Shown piece after piece: positions 1 through 13,764 of a DNA stretch of 64,000 bases. This DNA is from Macrostomum lignano. Lineage: Eukaryota. Position 1 is the stretch's first letter. Each line of letters begins with the position of its first letter. The DNA is taken from positions 1 to 64,000 of the forward strand of contig NIVC01000992.1 of assembly GCA_002269645.1 (NCBI GenBank), in the 5' to 3' direction. The notes under the pieces are model-generated. The model had not been told where the DNA came from. It did no database searches and saw nothing but the letters and a program-made list of their open reading frames with translations. A program made the position numbers and the translations under genes.

Positions 1-201
1 TTAACATCGTGAAATGATTGAATTTGAATTTTTTCATCGCTAATTATCGCTTAATACCGCCAGATGATTAAAAACACTTTTGCATGATAAAGTTCAACCC
101 AAAAATTATCTTTATTCACAGATAAAAGTGTCCTATTATTTTGAATATGGCAGTAACAATAGTAAATGTTCGGAAAATTGTTAAAATTTTTGCTAACGAC
201 C

Positions 202-2104
202 GATAGACAGGTGCTGATTCAGAGATTAACGGGCGGCTGATAGAGAGGAGACAGACGGGCGGTGGATAGAGAGGAGACAGACGGGCGGCGGATAGAGAGG
301 AGACAGACGGGCGGTTGATAGAGAGGAGACAGACGGGCGGCTGATAGAGAGGAGACAGACGGCGGCTGATAGAGAGGAGACAGACGGGCGGCTGATAGAG
401 AGGAGACAGACGGGCGGCTGATAGAGAGGAGACAGACGGGCGGCTGATAGAGAGGAGACAGACGGGCGCTGATAGAGAGGAGACAGACGGGCGGCTGATA
501 GAGAGGAGACAGACGGGCGGCTGATAGAGAGGAGACAGACGGGCGGCTGATAGAGAGGAGACAGACGGGCGGCTGATAGAGAGGAGACAGACGGGCGGCT
601 GATAGAGAGGAGACAGACGGGCGGCTGATAGAGAGGTGATAGACAGGTGCTGATTCAGAGATTAACGGGCGGCTGATAGAGAGGTGACAGACGGGCGGCT
701 GATAGAGAGGAGACAGACGGCGGCTGATAGAGAGGAGACAGACGGGCGGCTGATAGAGAGGTGACAGACGGGCGGCTGATAGAGAGGAGACAGACGGGCG
801 GCTGATAGAAAGGAGACAGACGGCGGCTGATAGAGAGGAGACAGACGGGCGGCTGATAGAGAGGAGACAGACGGGCGGCTGATAGAGAGGAGACAGACGG
901 GCGCTGATAGAGAGGAGACAGACGGGCGGCGGATAGAGAGGAGACAGACGGGCGGCTGATAGAGAGGAGACAGACGGGCGGCTGATAGAGAGGAGACAGA
1001 CGGGCGGCTGATAGAGAGGAGACAGACGGGCGGCTGATAGAGAGGAGACAGACGGGCGGCTGATAGAGAGGAGACAGACGGGCGGCTGATAGAGAGGAGA
1101 CAGACGGGCGGCGGATAGAGAGGAGACAGACGGGCGGCTGATAGAGAGGAGACAGACGGGCGGCGGATAGAGAGGAGACAGACGGGCGGCTGATAGAGAG
1201 GAGACAGACGGGTGGCTGATAGAGAGGAGACAGACGGGCGGCGGATAGAGAGGTGATAGACAGGTGCTGATTCAGAGATTAACGGGCGGCTGATAGAGAG
1301 GAGACAGACGGGCGGTGGATAGAGAGGAGACAGACGGGCGGCTGATAGAGAGGAGACAGACGGGCGGCTGATAGAGAGGAGACAGACGGGCGGCTGATAG
1401 AGAGGAGACAGACGGGCGGCTGATAGAGAGGAGACAGACGGGCGGCTGATAGAGAGGAGACAGACGGGCGGCTGATAGAGAGGAGACAGACGGGCGGCTG
1501 ATAGAGAGGTGATAGACAGGTGCTGATTCAGAGATTAACGGGCGGCTGATAGAGAGGAGACAGACGGGCGGCTGATAGAGAGGAGACAGACGGGCGGCTG
1601 ATAGAGAGGAGACAGACGGGCGGCTGATAGAGAGGAGACAGACGGGCGGCTGATAGAGAGGAGACAGACGGGCGGCTGATAGAGAGGTGATAGACAGGTG
1701 CTGATTCAGAGATTAACGGGCGGCTGATAGAGAGGAGACAGACGGGCGGCTGATAGAGAGGAGACAGACGGGCGGCTGATAGAGAGGAGACAGACGGGCG
1801 GCTGATAGAGAGGAGACAGACGGGCGGCTGATATAGAGGAGACAGACGGGCGGCTGATAGAGAGGAGACAGACGGGCGCCGGCGGCTGATAGAGAGGAGA
1901 CAGACGGGCGGCGGATAGAGAGGAGACAGACGGGCGGCGGATAGAGAGGAGACAGACGGGCGGCGGATAGAGAGGAGACAGACGGGCGGCTGATAGAGAG
2001 GAGACAGACGGGCGGCTGATAGAGAGGAGACAGACGGGCGGCTGATAGAGAGGAGACAGACGGGCGGCTGATAGAGAGGTGATAGACAGGTGCTTATTCA
2101 GAGA
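202..2104. repeat. 26-bp minisatellite (GATAGAGAGGAGACAGACGGGCGGCT) with an interspersed longer variant unit (GATAGACAGGTGCTGATTCAGAGATTAACGGGCGGCT)
   Basis: Directly visible tandem array. The variant unit occurs at ~202, 637, 1255, 1511, 1689 and 2081. Confidence 0.97.
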
Positions 2105-2165
2105 TAGACATGCGATTGATAGAGAATTAACAGTTAAATATGTTTGAGTCCAAGCAGGCTTCTTA

Positions 2166-2546
2166 TTATTTTAAAATTTGGCCTACCTTGGTGGCGTCAC
2201 GCAAACCGCAGCGCTCCTCATTCGAAACGCCGATGTTGCGGACAGTCTCACTTGCCATTTCGAGCAGCTTCTTCCTCGTGATGGGGACCTGCTGTCGAGC
2301 GGCCTGCTTGATTGCATCACAGAAGACTCGCTCCTCGGCCTGCGTCAAATACCGCTTGGCAGTATTTTTTTCCGTCACCTTCAGCCCGTTCATCAGCCTG
2401 CGAGCTCTGTCATAAACGGTGGTGGTAGGTACGGAAAATTCTTGAGCAATTTTTCGATAATTGCACTCTTTGCCAGTGCGAATTCTTTCAATTACACTGT
2501 CCACTGCGGCTTGGACTCTCTCCTTCTTGCTTCTAATTGCTGCCAT
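2166..2546 (-). CDS. pogo/Fot1-family (Tc1/mariner superfamily) transposase N-terminal DNA-binding region: psq-type HTH plus CENP-B-type HTH; truncated or first exon
   Basis: 126-aa ORF. RKIAQEFSVPTTTVYDR matches the psq HTH pattern, and YLTQAEERVFCDAIKQAARQQVPITRKKLLEMA matches the LTxxEE...P.....l.emA second HTH of pogo/Fot1 transposases. No DDE domain follows. A splice donor (AAG|GTAGGC) is possible at 2186. Confidence 0.7.
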   Translation of the reverse strand: MAAIRSKKERVQAAVDSVIERIRTGKECNYRKIAQEFSVPTTTVYDRARRLMNGLKVTEKNTAKRYLTQAEERVFCDAIKQAARQQVPITRKKLLEMASETVRNIGVSNEERCGLRDATKVGQILK

Positions 2547-3527
2547 ACCTGTCTCTCTATTAATTTAGACCTTGTAAAAAAACTTAAAGAACTACTAAAC
2601 AAACCTATACGGCCTAGTCTTCGACTAAATTTAGTTTATATACGAAGTATATACGCTAGTCTACACAGTAATAAATATTAACTGGGTTAGTCTAAGTAAA
2701 GTATCCCTGGAGCACAGCTAGAATTATGGATTTGATCACTACAATATCACTAGACTTATAAGACCCTAAATTGCTATTTGAGTTTATTAGCTAATAAAAC
2801 TAAGTTAGACCTAATGAGATATTATGTTAATTGACCTGGACTAAGCCTATATGAATAAAAAGCCAATAATTAGAAAAAATATTTTAAAAGTTTCACGAAA
2901 GATGCAGATATCCGGTTGTACGATCTCCAAACGATGTTGCAGATGTCAGATGCTATTGAAGAGCTTTGAAAATGAAAGTTTAAAGTAATTAAGGGCAATC
3001 AGTCTTAAATTTTATGTAGCTTGTATATATCGCGAAACGCAGGAAGAGACGTTGGATCCAATGCCAAAGGTTCAAGACCTATGGGAACACATTTCATGAT
3101 AGCTAATTGGTTGCGCCAAAAAAGCAGCCAGGAACAGCCAATCCTCATGGCTGAGCAATAAACTAGGCTAACCAATGACAACGCGAGAAAAGTTCCTAAA
3201 GTTCTTTTCTTTTAAGACCTATTTTTCCTCTTCGTTCAGTTTTTAACTTTAGATGCACGAACATGCTGATCTATATGGAATGGCATTATCCATCTCTCAC
3301 TCTGGGCACATCTATCTCACTATATCTCTTTCCTTTCTCTTTCTTTCTCTCTCTTCACTTCCTTTGCCAACTGCACCATTCATTATGCGCCCACTCACCT
3401 TTCAAAGTTTTCTGGATCCAAATATTAGATCAGCCAAAGGATTTTGATGCGTAAATCTGAAGGTGCAGAATAGCTACATATAGATAGACACTGAGACTAG
3501 GAGAGACAGCGGATCCTTTCTCCCTAT

Positions 3528-4100
3528 CCACTATCCTCTCCATCCGCCCCTTCCCTCCATCCGCCCCTTCCTCTCCATCCGCCCTTCCTCTCCATCCGCC
3601 CCTTCCTCTCCATCCGCCCTTCCTCTCCATCCGCCCCTTCCTCTTCATCCGCCCCTTCCTCTCCATCCGCCCCTTCCTCTCCATCCGCCCCTTCCTCTCC
3701 ATCCGCCCCTTCCTCTTCATCCGCCCTTCCTCTCCATCCGCCCCTTCCTCTCCATCCGCCCCTTCCTCTCCATCCGCCCCTTCCTCTCCATCCGCCCCTT
3801 CCTCTCCATCCGCCCCTTCCTCTCCATCCGCCCCTTCCTCTCCATCCGCCCTTCCTCTCCATCCGCCCCTTCCTCTCCATCCGCCCCTTCCTCTCCATCC
3901 GCCCCTTCCTCTCCATCCGCCCCTTCCTCTCCATTCGCCCCTTCCTCTCCATCCACCCCTTCCTCTCCATCCACCCCTTCCTCTCCATCCGCCCCTTCCT
4001 CTCCATCCGCCCCTTCCTCTCCATCCGCCCCTTCCTCTCTATCCGCCCCTTCTTCTCTATCCGCCCCTTCTTCTCCATCGCCCCTTCCTCTCCATCTTCC
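3528..4100. repeat. 18-bp pyrimidine-rich minisatellite (CCATCCGCCCCTTCCTCT)
   Basis: Tandem array seen directly; explains the ORFs at 3430-4124. Confidence 0.97.
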
Positions 4101-4750
4101 ATACATACTTCTAGGAGCTTCCATACGAGATTAAGTTTCTGACATTTCGTTTGGTCTAGCTAGCATGCTTAGAACGTGCATGAGTCGATTCAAAGTGCGA
4201 AAACGAACCGAAGTTTGCGCAACAGTCAAGAGTTAACAGAAAGATAAGGATATGCAGATCAATTTGCATATTACCCCTATAAGAGTATGGCCCATGGATT
4301 CTGCACAATACGATTGACTGTTTGGTAGGAAAAATCGTGCTTAAATTTGAACCGAATCCTTCCTACGGACTTGCGAATTTTCATTTCTGTTCGCTGTAAA
4401 ACTGGACTAATAGACAGCCCTTATCGTAAACAGTCTGCCCAACCAATTTTTCGCACCTAGACAACTCGGCTCAATTTGGCTCAAATGTTGATGGTGTACG
4501 GCGTATGGCAAGGGTCTAAATAGAAACAGAGTTGCCCATGACAAACTAAAATGACTCTGACATCGGTCTACGTAAAAATGCGAAAAGCCCCGCCGAGATG
4601 TTCCCTGTCGTTTGTTGGCCCACTACCAATTTTGGAGCATATTATACTCTTTTTAAAAATATCGTTTGTAGATAAAACCAAAACTAAGCCTTCAGTCATT
4701 TGACTAGGCCCTAGACACAAAAGGAACTTAAAGCTATAGCCGAAGAAATC

Positions 4751-6647
4751 AAACAGGCCGATTCCTTCTCTAACTGTCTCTGTGTGTCCCATGCAGCACG
4801 TGAGTCCATCATGTATTCAGAATGAGCTGAGTCTGACCCAGCTCAGCATTTTCACTCAATCACAGAAAGAGAGGACTTGAGAGCCGCTATAATCTCTTCA
4901 TCAAACAGGCCGATCCCTTCTCTAACTGTCTCTGTGTGTCCCAGCACGTGAGTCCATAATGCATTCAGAATGAGCTGAGTCTGACCCAGCTCAGCATTTT
5001 CACTCAATCACAGAAAGAGAGGACTTGAGAGCCGCTATAATCTCTTCATCAAACAGGCCGATCCCTTCTCTAACTGTCTCTGTGTGTCCCAGCACGTGAG
5101 TCCATAATGCATTCAGAATGAGCTGAGTCTGACCCAGCTCAGCATTTTCACTCAAACACAGAAAGAGAGGACTTGAGAGCCGCTATAACCTCTTCATCAA
5201 ACAGGCCGATTCCTTCTCTAACTGTCTCTGTGTGTCCCAGCACGTGAGTCCATCATGCATTCAGAATGAGCTGAGTCTGACCCAGCTCAGCATTTTCACT
5301 CAAACACAGAAAGAGAGGACTTGAGAGCCGCTATAACCTCTTCATCAAACAGGCCGATTCCTTCTCTAACTGTCTCTGTGTGTCCCAGCATGCACGTGAG
5401 TCCATCATGCATTCAGAATGAGCTGAGTCTGACCCAGCTCAGCATTTTCACTCAAACACAGAAAGAGAGGACTTGAGAGCCGCTATAATCTCTTCATCAA
5501 ACAGGCCGATCCCTTCTCTAACTGTCTCTGTGTGTCCCAGCACGTGAGTCCATCATGCATTCAGAATGAGCTGAGTCTGACCCAGCTCAGCATTTTCACT
5601 CAAACACAGAAAGAGAGGACTTGAGAGCCGCTATAACCTCTTCATCAAACAGGCCGATTCCTTCTCTAACTGTCTCTGTGTGTCCCAGCACGTGAGTCCA
5701 TCATGCATTCAGAATGAGCTGAGTCTGACCCAGCTCAGCATTTTCACTCAATCACAGAAAGAGAGGACTTGAGAGCCGCTATAATCTCTTCATCAAACAG
5801 GCCGATCCCTTCTCTAACTGTCTCTGTGTGTCCCAGCACGTGAGTCCATCATGCATTCAGAATGAGCTGAGTCTGACCCAGCTCAGCATTTTCACTCAAA
5901 CACAGAAAGAGAGGACTTGAGAGCCGCTATAACCTCTTCATCAAACAGGCCGATTCCTTCTCTAACTGTCTCTGTGTGTCCCAGCACGTGAGTCCATCAT
6001 GCATTCAGAATGAGCTGAGTCTGACCCAGCTCAGCATTTTCACTCAAACACAGAAAGAGAGGACTTGAGAGCCGCTATAACCTCTTCATCAAACAGGCCG
6101 ATCCCTTCTCTAACTGTCTCTGTGTGTCCCAGCACGTGAGTCCATCATGCATTCAGAATGAGCTGAGTCTGACCCAGCTCAGCATTTTCACTCAAACACA
6201 GAAAGAGAGGACTTGAGAGCCGCTATAATCTCTTCATCAAACAGGCCGATCCCTTCTCTAACTGTCTCTGTGTGTCCCAGCACGTGAGTCCATCATGCAT
6301 TCAGAATGAGCTGAGTCTGACCCAGCTCAGCATTTTCACTCAAACACAGAAAGAGAGGACTTGAGAGCCGCTATAATCTCTTCATCAAACAGGCCGATTC
6401 CTTCTCTAACTGTCTCTGTTTGTCCCAGCACGTGAGTCCATCATGCATTCAGAATGAGCTGAGTCTGACCCAGCTCAGCATTTTCACTCAAACACAGAAA
6501 GAGAGGACTTGAGAGCCGCTATAATCTCTTCATCAAACAGGCCGATTCCTTCTCTAACTGTCTCTGTTTGTCCCAGCACGTGAGTCCATCATGCATTCAG
6601 AATGAGCTGAGTCTGACCCAGCTCAGCATTTTCACTCAATCACAGAA
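4751..6647. repeat. 148-bp satellite, about 13 near-identical copies
   Basis: AAACAGGCCG recurs at 5051 and 5199 (period 148). Each unit contains the inverted repeat TGAGCTG..CAGCTCA and the palindromes CACGTG and ATGCAT. Confidence 0.97.
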
Positions 6648-6968
6648 AACATTTTGCTGTTTTTAATTCACTGAAACACTAATTAGGGCTAATTATGTTA
6701 GTTATAATAATTGATAACTATAAGTCTAGGATGAGTTCTTAGAGAAAACTAGGAGTTCATGTACAGTTAAGAATTAAATTATGTAGATATGTATCTTTAA
6801 TTTGTATTCTTTAAAATTGAAGTATTTAGGTATTTTAGGCCTATACGAGTACTATAGGCCTACGTTTTGCTTTAGGCCCTAACTAGTGACGGAAATGGCC
6901 GATAGGCTAAATGTATTTTTGCTTTCGATGTTGGTTCAAATCAGTTGCGATGCTGCACCTCTGATTAA

Positions 6969-7021
6969 CAGTGGCGGATCTAGAGTTTCATTTTGGGGGG
7001 TTCCAAGTAAATCCGCCCTTG
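6969..7021. mobile_element. 53-bp miniature hAT-like insertion
   Basis: Perfect 8-bp direct repeat CTGATTAA at 6961-6968 and 7022-7029. Terminal inverted repeats CAGTGGCGGATCTA / TAAATCCGCCCTTG match at 11 of 14 positions. Confidence 0.7.
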
Positions 7022-7708
7022 CTGATTAAGAGGGCGGTGTTTGGGTGGTGACCCCCCTCCCCCAGCGAATTTTTAAAATTAGAGCAGTGCATTAAGCTAA
7101 AATCTCGCAATACAACGAGCTGCTCATACCCCTCGAAGGGATGGTAGGGTGGTCCGGAGGGTCATCCGGGGCAGCAGCCCTCTCGATCTGCCTCACCCCC
7201 CGCTGCGCCGATACCGGTTCTATTGATGAGGCCTAGACCGATCAGTAGGCCTACGCGCAATGGTCCTAGTTCTGCTCAAATATAAGGTTATGGAGCCTGG
7301 CAGTGGCATGTGAATGTGGGAGTTCACGTTAGGCCTAGTCATACAAGAGTAAAAACTCGCGGTCTGATTCTCATTGGCTGGTTGGAAATCCCACAGCTCA
7401 AGTACTCGTAGGTTGACTCTTACATTGGTAGGCCTAGGATTGCATCACTACAGGCCAGCTTTTAAACTAGGCATAGGCTAGCTCAAAGAAAGCAAGGCTC
7501 TTGAGTAGCTATCTATCTTTTTTATCCTTAGGCCATTTTTGAAATATATGCTGGAGTAAAGCTCTCGAGTAAGGCCTATCAATCGAAAGCGCATTAACAA
7601 GAAAGTGTAGTCTACCAAATTTACTTTACAATTCAACCAACTTTTAAGGTAAAGTACATTAAATTTTTACAATAATGTCAAACCTCTTTTCTATTCAATT
7701 TTCAAAAA

Positions 7709-10700
7709 AGCGCCTCTCTAACTGCTTCTATCCATCAATATCAAGAGCGCCTCTCTAACTGCTTCTATCCATCAATCTACATGTATCAAGCAAGAGCGCC
7801 TCTCTAACTGCTTCTATCCATCAATCTACATGTATCAAGAGCGCCTCTCTAACTGCTTCTATCCATCAATCTACATGTATCAAGAGCGCCTCTCTAACTG
7901 CTTCTATCCATCAATCTACATGTATCAAGAGCGCCTCTCTATAACTGCTTCTATCCATCAATCTACATGTATCAAGGGCGCCTCTCTATAACTGCTTCTA
8001 TCCATCAATCTACATGTATCAAGAGCGCCTCTCTAACTGCTTCTATCCATCAATCTACATGTATCAAGAGCGCCTCTCTAACTGCTTCTATCCATCAATC
8101 TACATGTATCAAGAGCGCCTCTCTAACTGCTTCTATCCATCAATCTACATGTATCAAGAGCGCCTCTCTAACTGCTTCTATCCATCAATCTACATGTATC
8201 AAGGGCGCCTCTCTAACTGCTTCTATCCATCAATCTACATGTATCAAGAGCGCCTCTCTATAACTGCTTCTATCCATCAATCTACATGTATCAAGGGCGC
8301 CTCTCTATAACTGCTTCTATCCATCAATCTACATGTATCAAGAGCGCCTCTCTAACTGCTTCTATCCATCAATCTACATGTATCAAGGGCGCCTCTCTAA
8401 CTGCTTCTATCCATCAATCTACATGTATCAAGGGCGCCTCTCTAACGGCTGTTCATCAATCTACATGTATCAAGGGCGCCTCTCTAACTGCTTCTATCCA
8501 TCAATCTACATGTATCAAGAGCGCCTCTCTAACTGCTTCTATCCATCAATCTACATGTATCAAGAGCGCCTCTCTAACTGCTTCTATCCATCAATCTACA
8601 TGTATCAAGGGCGCCTCTCTAACTGCTTCTATCCATCAATCTACATGTATCATGGGCGCCTCTCTAACGGCTGTTCATCAATCTACATGTATCAAGAGCG
8701 CCTCTCTAACTGCTTCTATCCATCAATCTACATGTATCAAGGGCGCCTCTCTATAACTGCTTCTATCCATCAATCTACATGTATCAAGAGCGCCTCTCTA
8801 ACTGCTTCTATCCATCAATCTACATGTATCAAGAGCGCCTCTCTAACTGCTTCTATCCATCAATCTACATGTATCAAGGGCGCCTCTCTAACTGCTTCTA
8901 TCCATCAATCTACATGTATCAAGAGCGCCTCTCTAACTGCTTCTATCCATCAATCTACATGTATCAAGGGCGCCTCTCTAACTGCTTCTATCCATCAATC
9001 TACATGTATCAAGGGCGCCTCTCTAACTGCTTCTATCCATCAATCTACATGTATCAAGGGCGCCTCTCTAACTGCTTCTATCCATCAATCTACATGTATC
9101 AAGGGCGCCTCTCTAACTGCTTCTATCCATCAATCTACATGTATCAAGGGCGCCTCTCTAACTGCTTCTATCCATCAATCTACATGTATCAAGGGCGCCT
9201 CTCTAACTGCTTCTATCCATCAATCTACATGTATCAAGGGCGCCTCTCTAACTGCTTCTATCCATCAATCTACATGTATCAAGGGCGCCTCTCTAACTGC
9301 TTCTATCCATCAATCTACATGTATCAAGGGCGCCTCTCTATAACTGCTTCTATCCATCAATCTACATGTATCAAGGGCGCCTCTCTAACTGCTTCTATCC
9401 ATCAATCTACATGTATCAAGGGCGCCTCTCTAACTGCTTCTATCCATCAATCTACATGTATCAAGAGCGCCTCTCTAACTGCTTCTATCCATCAATCTAC
9501 ATGTATCAAGAGCGCCTCTCTAACTGCTTCTATCCATCAATCTACATGTATCATGGGCGCCTCTCTAACGGCTGTTCATCAATCTACATGTATCAAGAGC
9601 GCCTCTCTAACTGCTTCTATCCATCAATCTACATGTATCAAGAGCGCCTCTCTAACTGCTTCTATCCATCAATCTACATGTATCAAGGGCGCCTCTCTAA
9701 CTGCTTCTATCCATCAATCTACATGTATCAAGGGCGCCTCTCTAACTGCTTCTATCCATCAATCTACATGTATCAAGAGCGCCTCTCTAACTGCTTCTAT
9801 CCATCAATCTACATGTATCAAGAGCGCCTCTCTAACTGCTTCTATCCATCAATCTACATGTATCATGGGCGCCTCTCTAACGGCTGTTCATCAATCTACA
9901 TGTATCAAGGGCGCCTCTCTAACTGCTTCTATCCATCAATCTACATGTATCAAGAGCGCCTCTCTAACTGCTTCTATCCATCAATCTACATGTATCAAGG
10001 GCGCCTCTCTAACTGCTTCTATCCATCAATCTACATGTATCAAGGGCGCCTCTCTAACTGCTTCTATCCATCAATCTACATGTATCAAGGGCGCCTCTCT
10101 AACTGCTTCTATCCATCAATCTACATGTATCAAGGGCGCCTCTCTAACTGCTTCTATCCATCAATCTACATGTATCAAGGGCGCCTCTCTAACTGCTTCC
10201 ATCCATCAATCTACATATATCAAGGGCGCCTCTCTAACTGCTTCTATCCATCAATCTACATGTATCAAGGGCGCCTCTCTAACTGCTTCTATCCATCAAT
10301 CTACATGTATCAAGGGTGCCTCTCTAACTGCTTCTATCCATCAATCTACATGTATCAAGGGCGCCTCTCTATAACTGCTTCTATCCATCAATCTACATGT
10401 ATCAAGAGCGCCTCTCTAACTGCTTCTATCCATCAATTTACATGTATCAAGGGCGCCTCTCTAACTGCTTCTATCCATCAATCTACATGTATCAAGAGCG
10501 CCTCTCTAACTGCTTCTATCCATCAATCTACATGTATCAAGGGCGCCTCTCTAACGGCTGTTCATCAATCTACATGTATCAAGAGCGCCTCTCTAACTGC
10601 TTCGATCCATCAATCTACATGTATCAAGGGCGCCTCTCTAACTGCTTCTATCCATCAATCTACATGTATCAAGGGCGCCTCTCTAACTGCTTCTATCCAT

Positions 10701-10802
10701 CAATCTACATGTATCAAGGGCGCCTCTCTAACTGCTTCTATCCATCAATCTACATGTGGGCGCCTCTCTAACTGCTTCAGTCCACCAATCTACATGTATC
10801 AA
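7709..10802. repeat. 45-bp minisatellite (ATCAAGGGCGCCTCTCTAACTGCTTCTATCCATCAATCTACATGT), about 68 copies
   Basis: Tandem array. The 15-aa periodicity of the track ORFs (MYQGRLSNCFYPSIY) confirms a 45-bp unit. Confidence 0.98.
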
Positions 10803-10822
10803 ATTTTGTATTGTACCTGTGG

Positions 10823-10997
<175 letters not shown>

Positions 10998-12832
10998 TAA
11001 ATTAAATTAGACGTTTAATAGGCTTTACTCTTAAATCGTTTAACAGTAAAGCGGCTACCATTAGGCCGCCTAGCACATCCAACTTGGCCTGTCTTGTTGA
11101 TTCGATTTTCTTTTTTATGCTGCGGAATTCTGAAAAGAAAATATATATGTTGCTTTTAGCTACTTTTAGTAGAAATAGAAGCAATTAATAGCAAGATTTT
11201 GTCAGAATGGAATAATCCTCTTATGTATTTTGCATAAAAATTGGTACATTTTTAAGCTCGAAATATTTGCAATTACGTGGCTTAAATGAGTTTTTCTTTT
11301 TTAAAAAAGATCTTTTTTATTGTAAGGTAGAATAAGCGAGCGAAAAATAAGTTTTTTTGGACCATTTTTGTTCGTTCGGTTTTGAAGATTTTTCTGTTCG
11401 GTTGATGATCCCGAGATCTGAAAACCGAACCGAACAGTCAATTTGGTATCATCAACCGAACAGTGGCATTTTTTGCTGAACTATTTATCAGATTGGTATG
11501 TGTGTTGTATCACTTTGTAGAAAATTTAACACTGAATTCAAAAAGTGTTTCGTTTTGAATGTAAGTTAAAAATAGTGGTCTGTAGAGCAATTTTTCTACA
11601 GACATCCCAAATCAAGAAAAAACTTCAAAACGCATTTATTTCAAAAATTTCTATCAATATTGCTAATTTTCTTGAGTATCTATCGAGCAGATTGTCAAAA
11701 CTTTATCTCATTTTGTAGATAAGAATACCTTCTTTTAAATGGTATGTCACTTTTATAGACTCTTGGAATATAGTCCCCATGAGACAGTAAAAACGAAAGT
11801 AACTTGCATGTTCGGTTTTGAAGATCCCTTGTTCGGTTGATGAGATCTTACCCTAACTAGATCTAAGTTAACAAGCTAGGCCTATTTTAAAACAATAATA
11901 GAATATAATAAATCATGGTAGGCCTAGGCATAGTAGCTATAGGCCTAGCTGTTGTTAGGCCTACGCCTACTAGCTTTAGTGTGATAATGACAACTGCCAT
12001 GACAGCAAAAAGCCAAAAGGCTAAGGTTAGGCCTATAAAGTTAGCATAATAATATACTTGTTAAACTACTTTTTTGTTGATAGTTAATTAGTTAGAAGCC
12101 CATCTGATCCTTTTCTCAAGCTTTGTCGAATTAGTAGTTCTAGCACTTAGCAGTATATGTCAACTGTCTGCATAAAACCTTGGCTTAGGAAATTCTAAAA
12201 CGAGTTTCATATAGTGATATAATTACTTAAAATATCTAGATTTAACAGATTAAAGCCTAAATAAAGTATAAATACACCTATTTATGGAGCTTCTGAGGCT
12301 CAAATGTAGTGCATGCTTCTTTAAAACAGTCAAGTAGAATACTTTTTTGAAGGCAAGTACCGATAAATACACGTAAACAAGCGGGCCTTCAAATAATTTT
12401 GCAATATTTACGAGTGTTGCGTCCTGATACAACGGTAACTTCTAGTGGTCCTTGGTATTTGCGTAGACAAATTTATTCCAGGTGTTACTTAATCATAATT
12501 ATACTAAAGATGTCTAATATTTACTGCGTATACAGTATCTGTATGTGAAACTGTGTGATAATTTCGATTATATTATTGTTATAAAATGCGCTTAGGGTTT
12601 ACTACTGTATATAGTAGTACAGTAGAAATGTTAGTACTCGTAACAAATTATTTTTGCTACAGTTTTTAGTTGCATATATATATAACTTTACTAATGGCTA
12701 TTAAATAAAGTATCTGATATTTATATTTTCCGCTGCTTTTCTTGTTGATCAAATCAATCAAATCAAATCAAAAATCAATTCCGTTAGAATCTAATTGCTT
12801 TACTGCGTTTTACTATAAAGCTTTGTTCAGTG

Positions 12833-13258
12833 GATGTCTTGGTTCTGAGGTTGGGGTGTCTTGGTTCTGAGGTTGGGGCATCTTGGTTCTGAGGTTGGGG
12901 TTTCTTGGTTCTGGGGTTGGGGTTTCTTGGTTCTGGGGTTGGGGTGTCTTGGTTCTGAGGTTGGGGTTTCTTGGTTCTGAGGTTGGGGTTTCTTGGTTCT
13001 GGGGTTGGGGTGTCTTGGTTCTGAGGTTGGGGTTTCTTGGTTCTGGGGTTGGGGTGTCTTGGTTCTGAGGTTGGGTTGTCTTGGTTCTGAGGTTGGGGTG
13101 TCTTGGTTCTGAGGTTGGGGCATCTTGGTTCTGAGGTTGGGGCGTTCAGGTGTCTTGGTTCGATGTGATTTATGTTTGTTCTGATGTTGGAGTATCATGG
13201 TTCGAGGTTAGGGTGTCATGGTTCGAAGTTAGGGTGTCATGGTTCTGAGGTTGGGGCA
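12833..13258. repeat. 22-bp minisatellite (GGTTCTGAGGTTGGGGTGTCTT)
   Basis: Direct reading. Confidence 0.95.
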
Positions 13259-13339
13259 TCTTCTCAATGCCTTCTCAATTGAATCAAAGAATAACGAAAG
13301 TCGTGTTCATGCACTGAGAAAGGTGGTTATTTACAATGT

Positions 13340-13494
13340 ATAGATTGCGTTGGACTTGTGCAGTATATGTAATCGTTTGAGTCCAATTCATAGAACGTTA
13401 ACAACAGGAAAGTTTTACCATTGAGGAGAATGAGTGGGGTATTTTCAATGAAATTCTCTGGTTATTTGAGTCACCCAACGAAATAGAGCTATAG
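13340..13494 (+). pseudogene. possible highly degraded hAT transposase fragment
   Basis: Overlapping frames give IDC..RW..Y..RL, reminiscent of the hAT D..TRWNS motif, followed by FTIEENEWGIFNEILWLFESP, reminiscent of the hAT L...EW..L..L..LL.PF helix. Frames are disrupted and the match is weak. Confidence 0.25.
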
Positions 13495-13764
13495 TAAGGA
13501 ATTTAACTGGATTATGAATCATTTGTCTAGAAAGGAGACCATATGTGCCATAAATTTTTTCTGTACTTTACAAGCCTAAGGTTTCCAGTGAGGAAATCTT
13601 ATTGCATGGTAATTTTGGGGAAATTTTTGCTTTTCGGAACTTGGGGGGGGGTCAGCTTTTCCTCTACTCGTATAGTTTATTCGAAGTGAAATGCTTTGAA
13701 CTGTTATCAGCAAACGGGGACCTGACTATCTGAGAAGCGTCAACAAAGATAGACTTAACAAACT

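Noticed and set aside
4751-6647. 148-bp satellite as a retrozyme or C/D snoRNA array (TGATGA and CTGA on the minus strand)
   Set aside because: No hammerhead core, no terminal stem or coherent C'/D' arrangement, and no recognisable rRNA guide.
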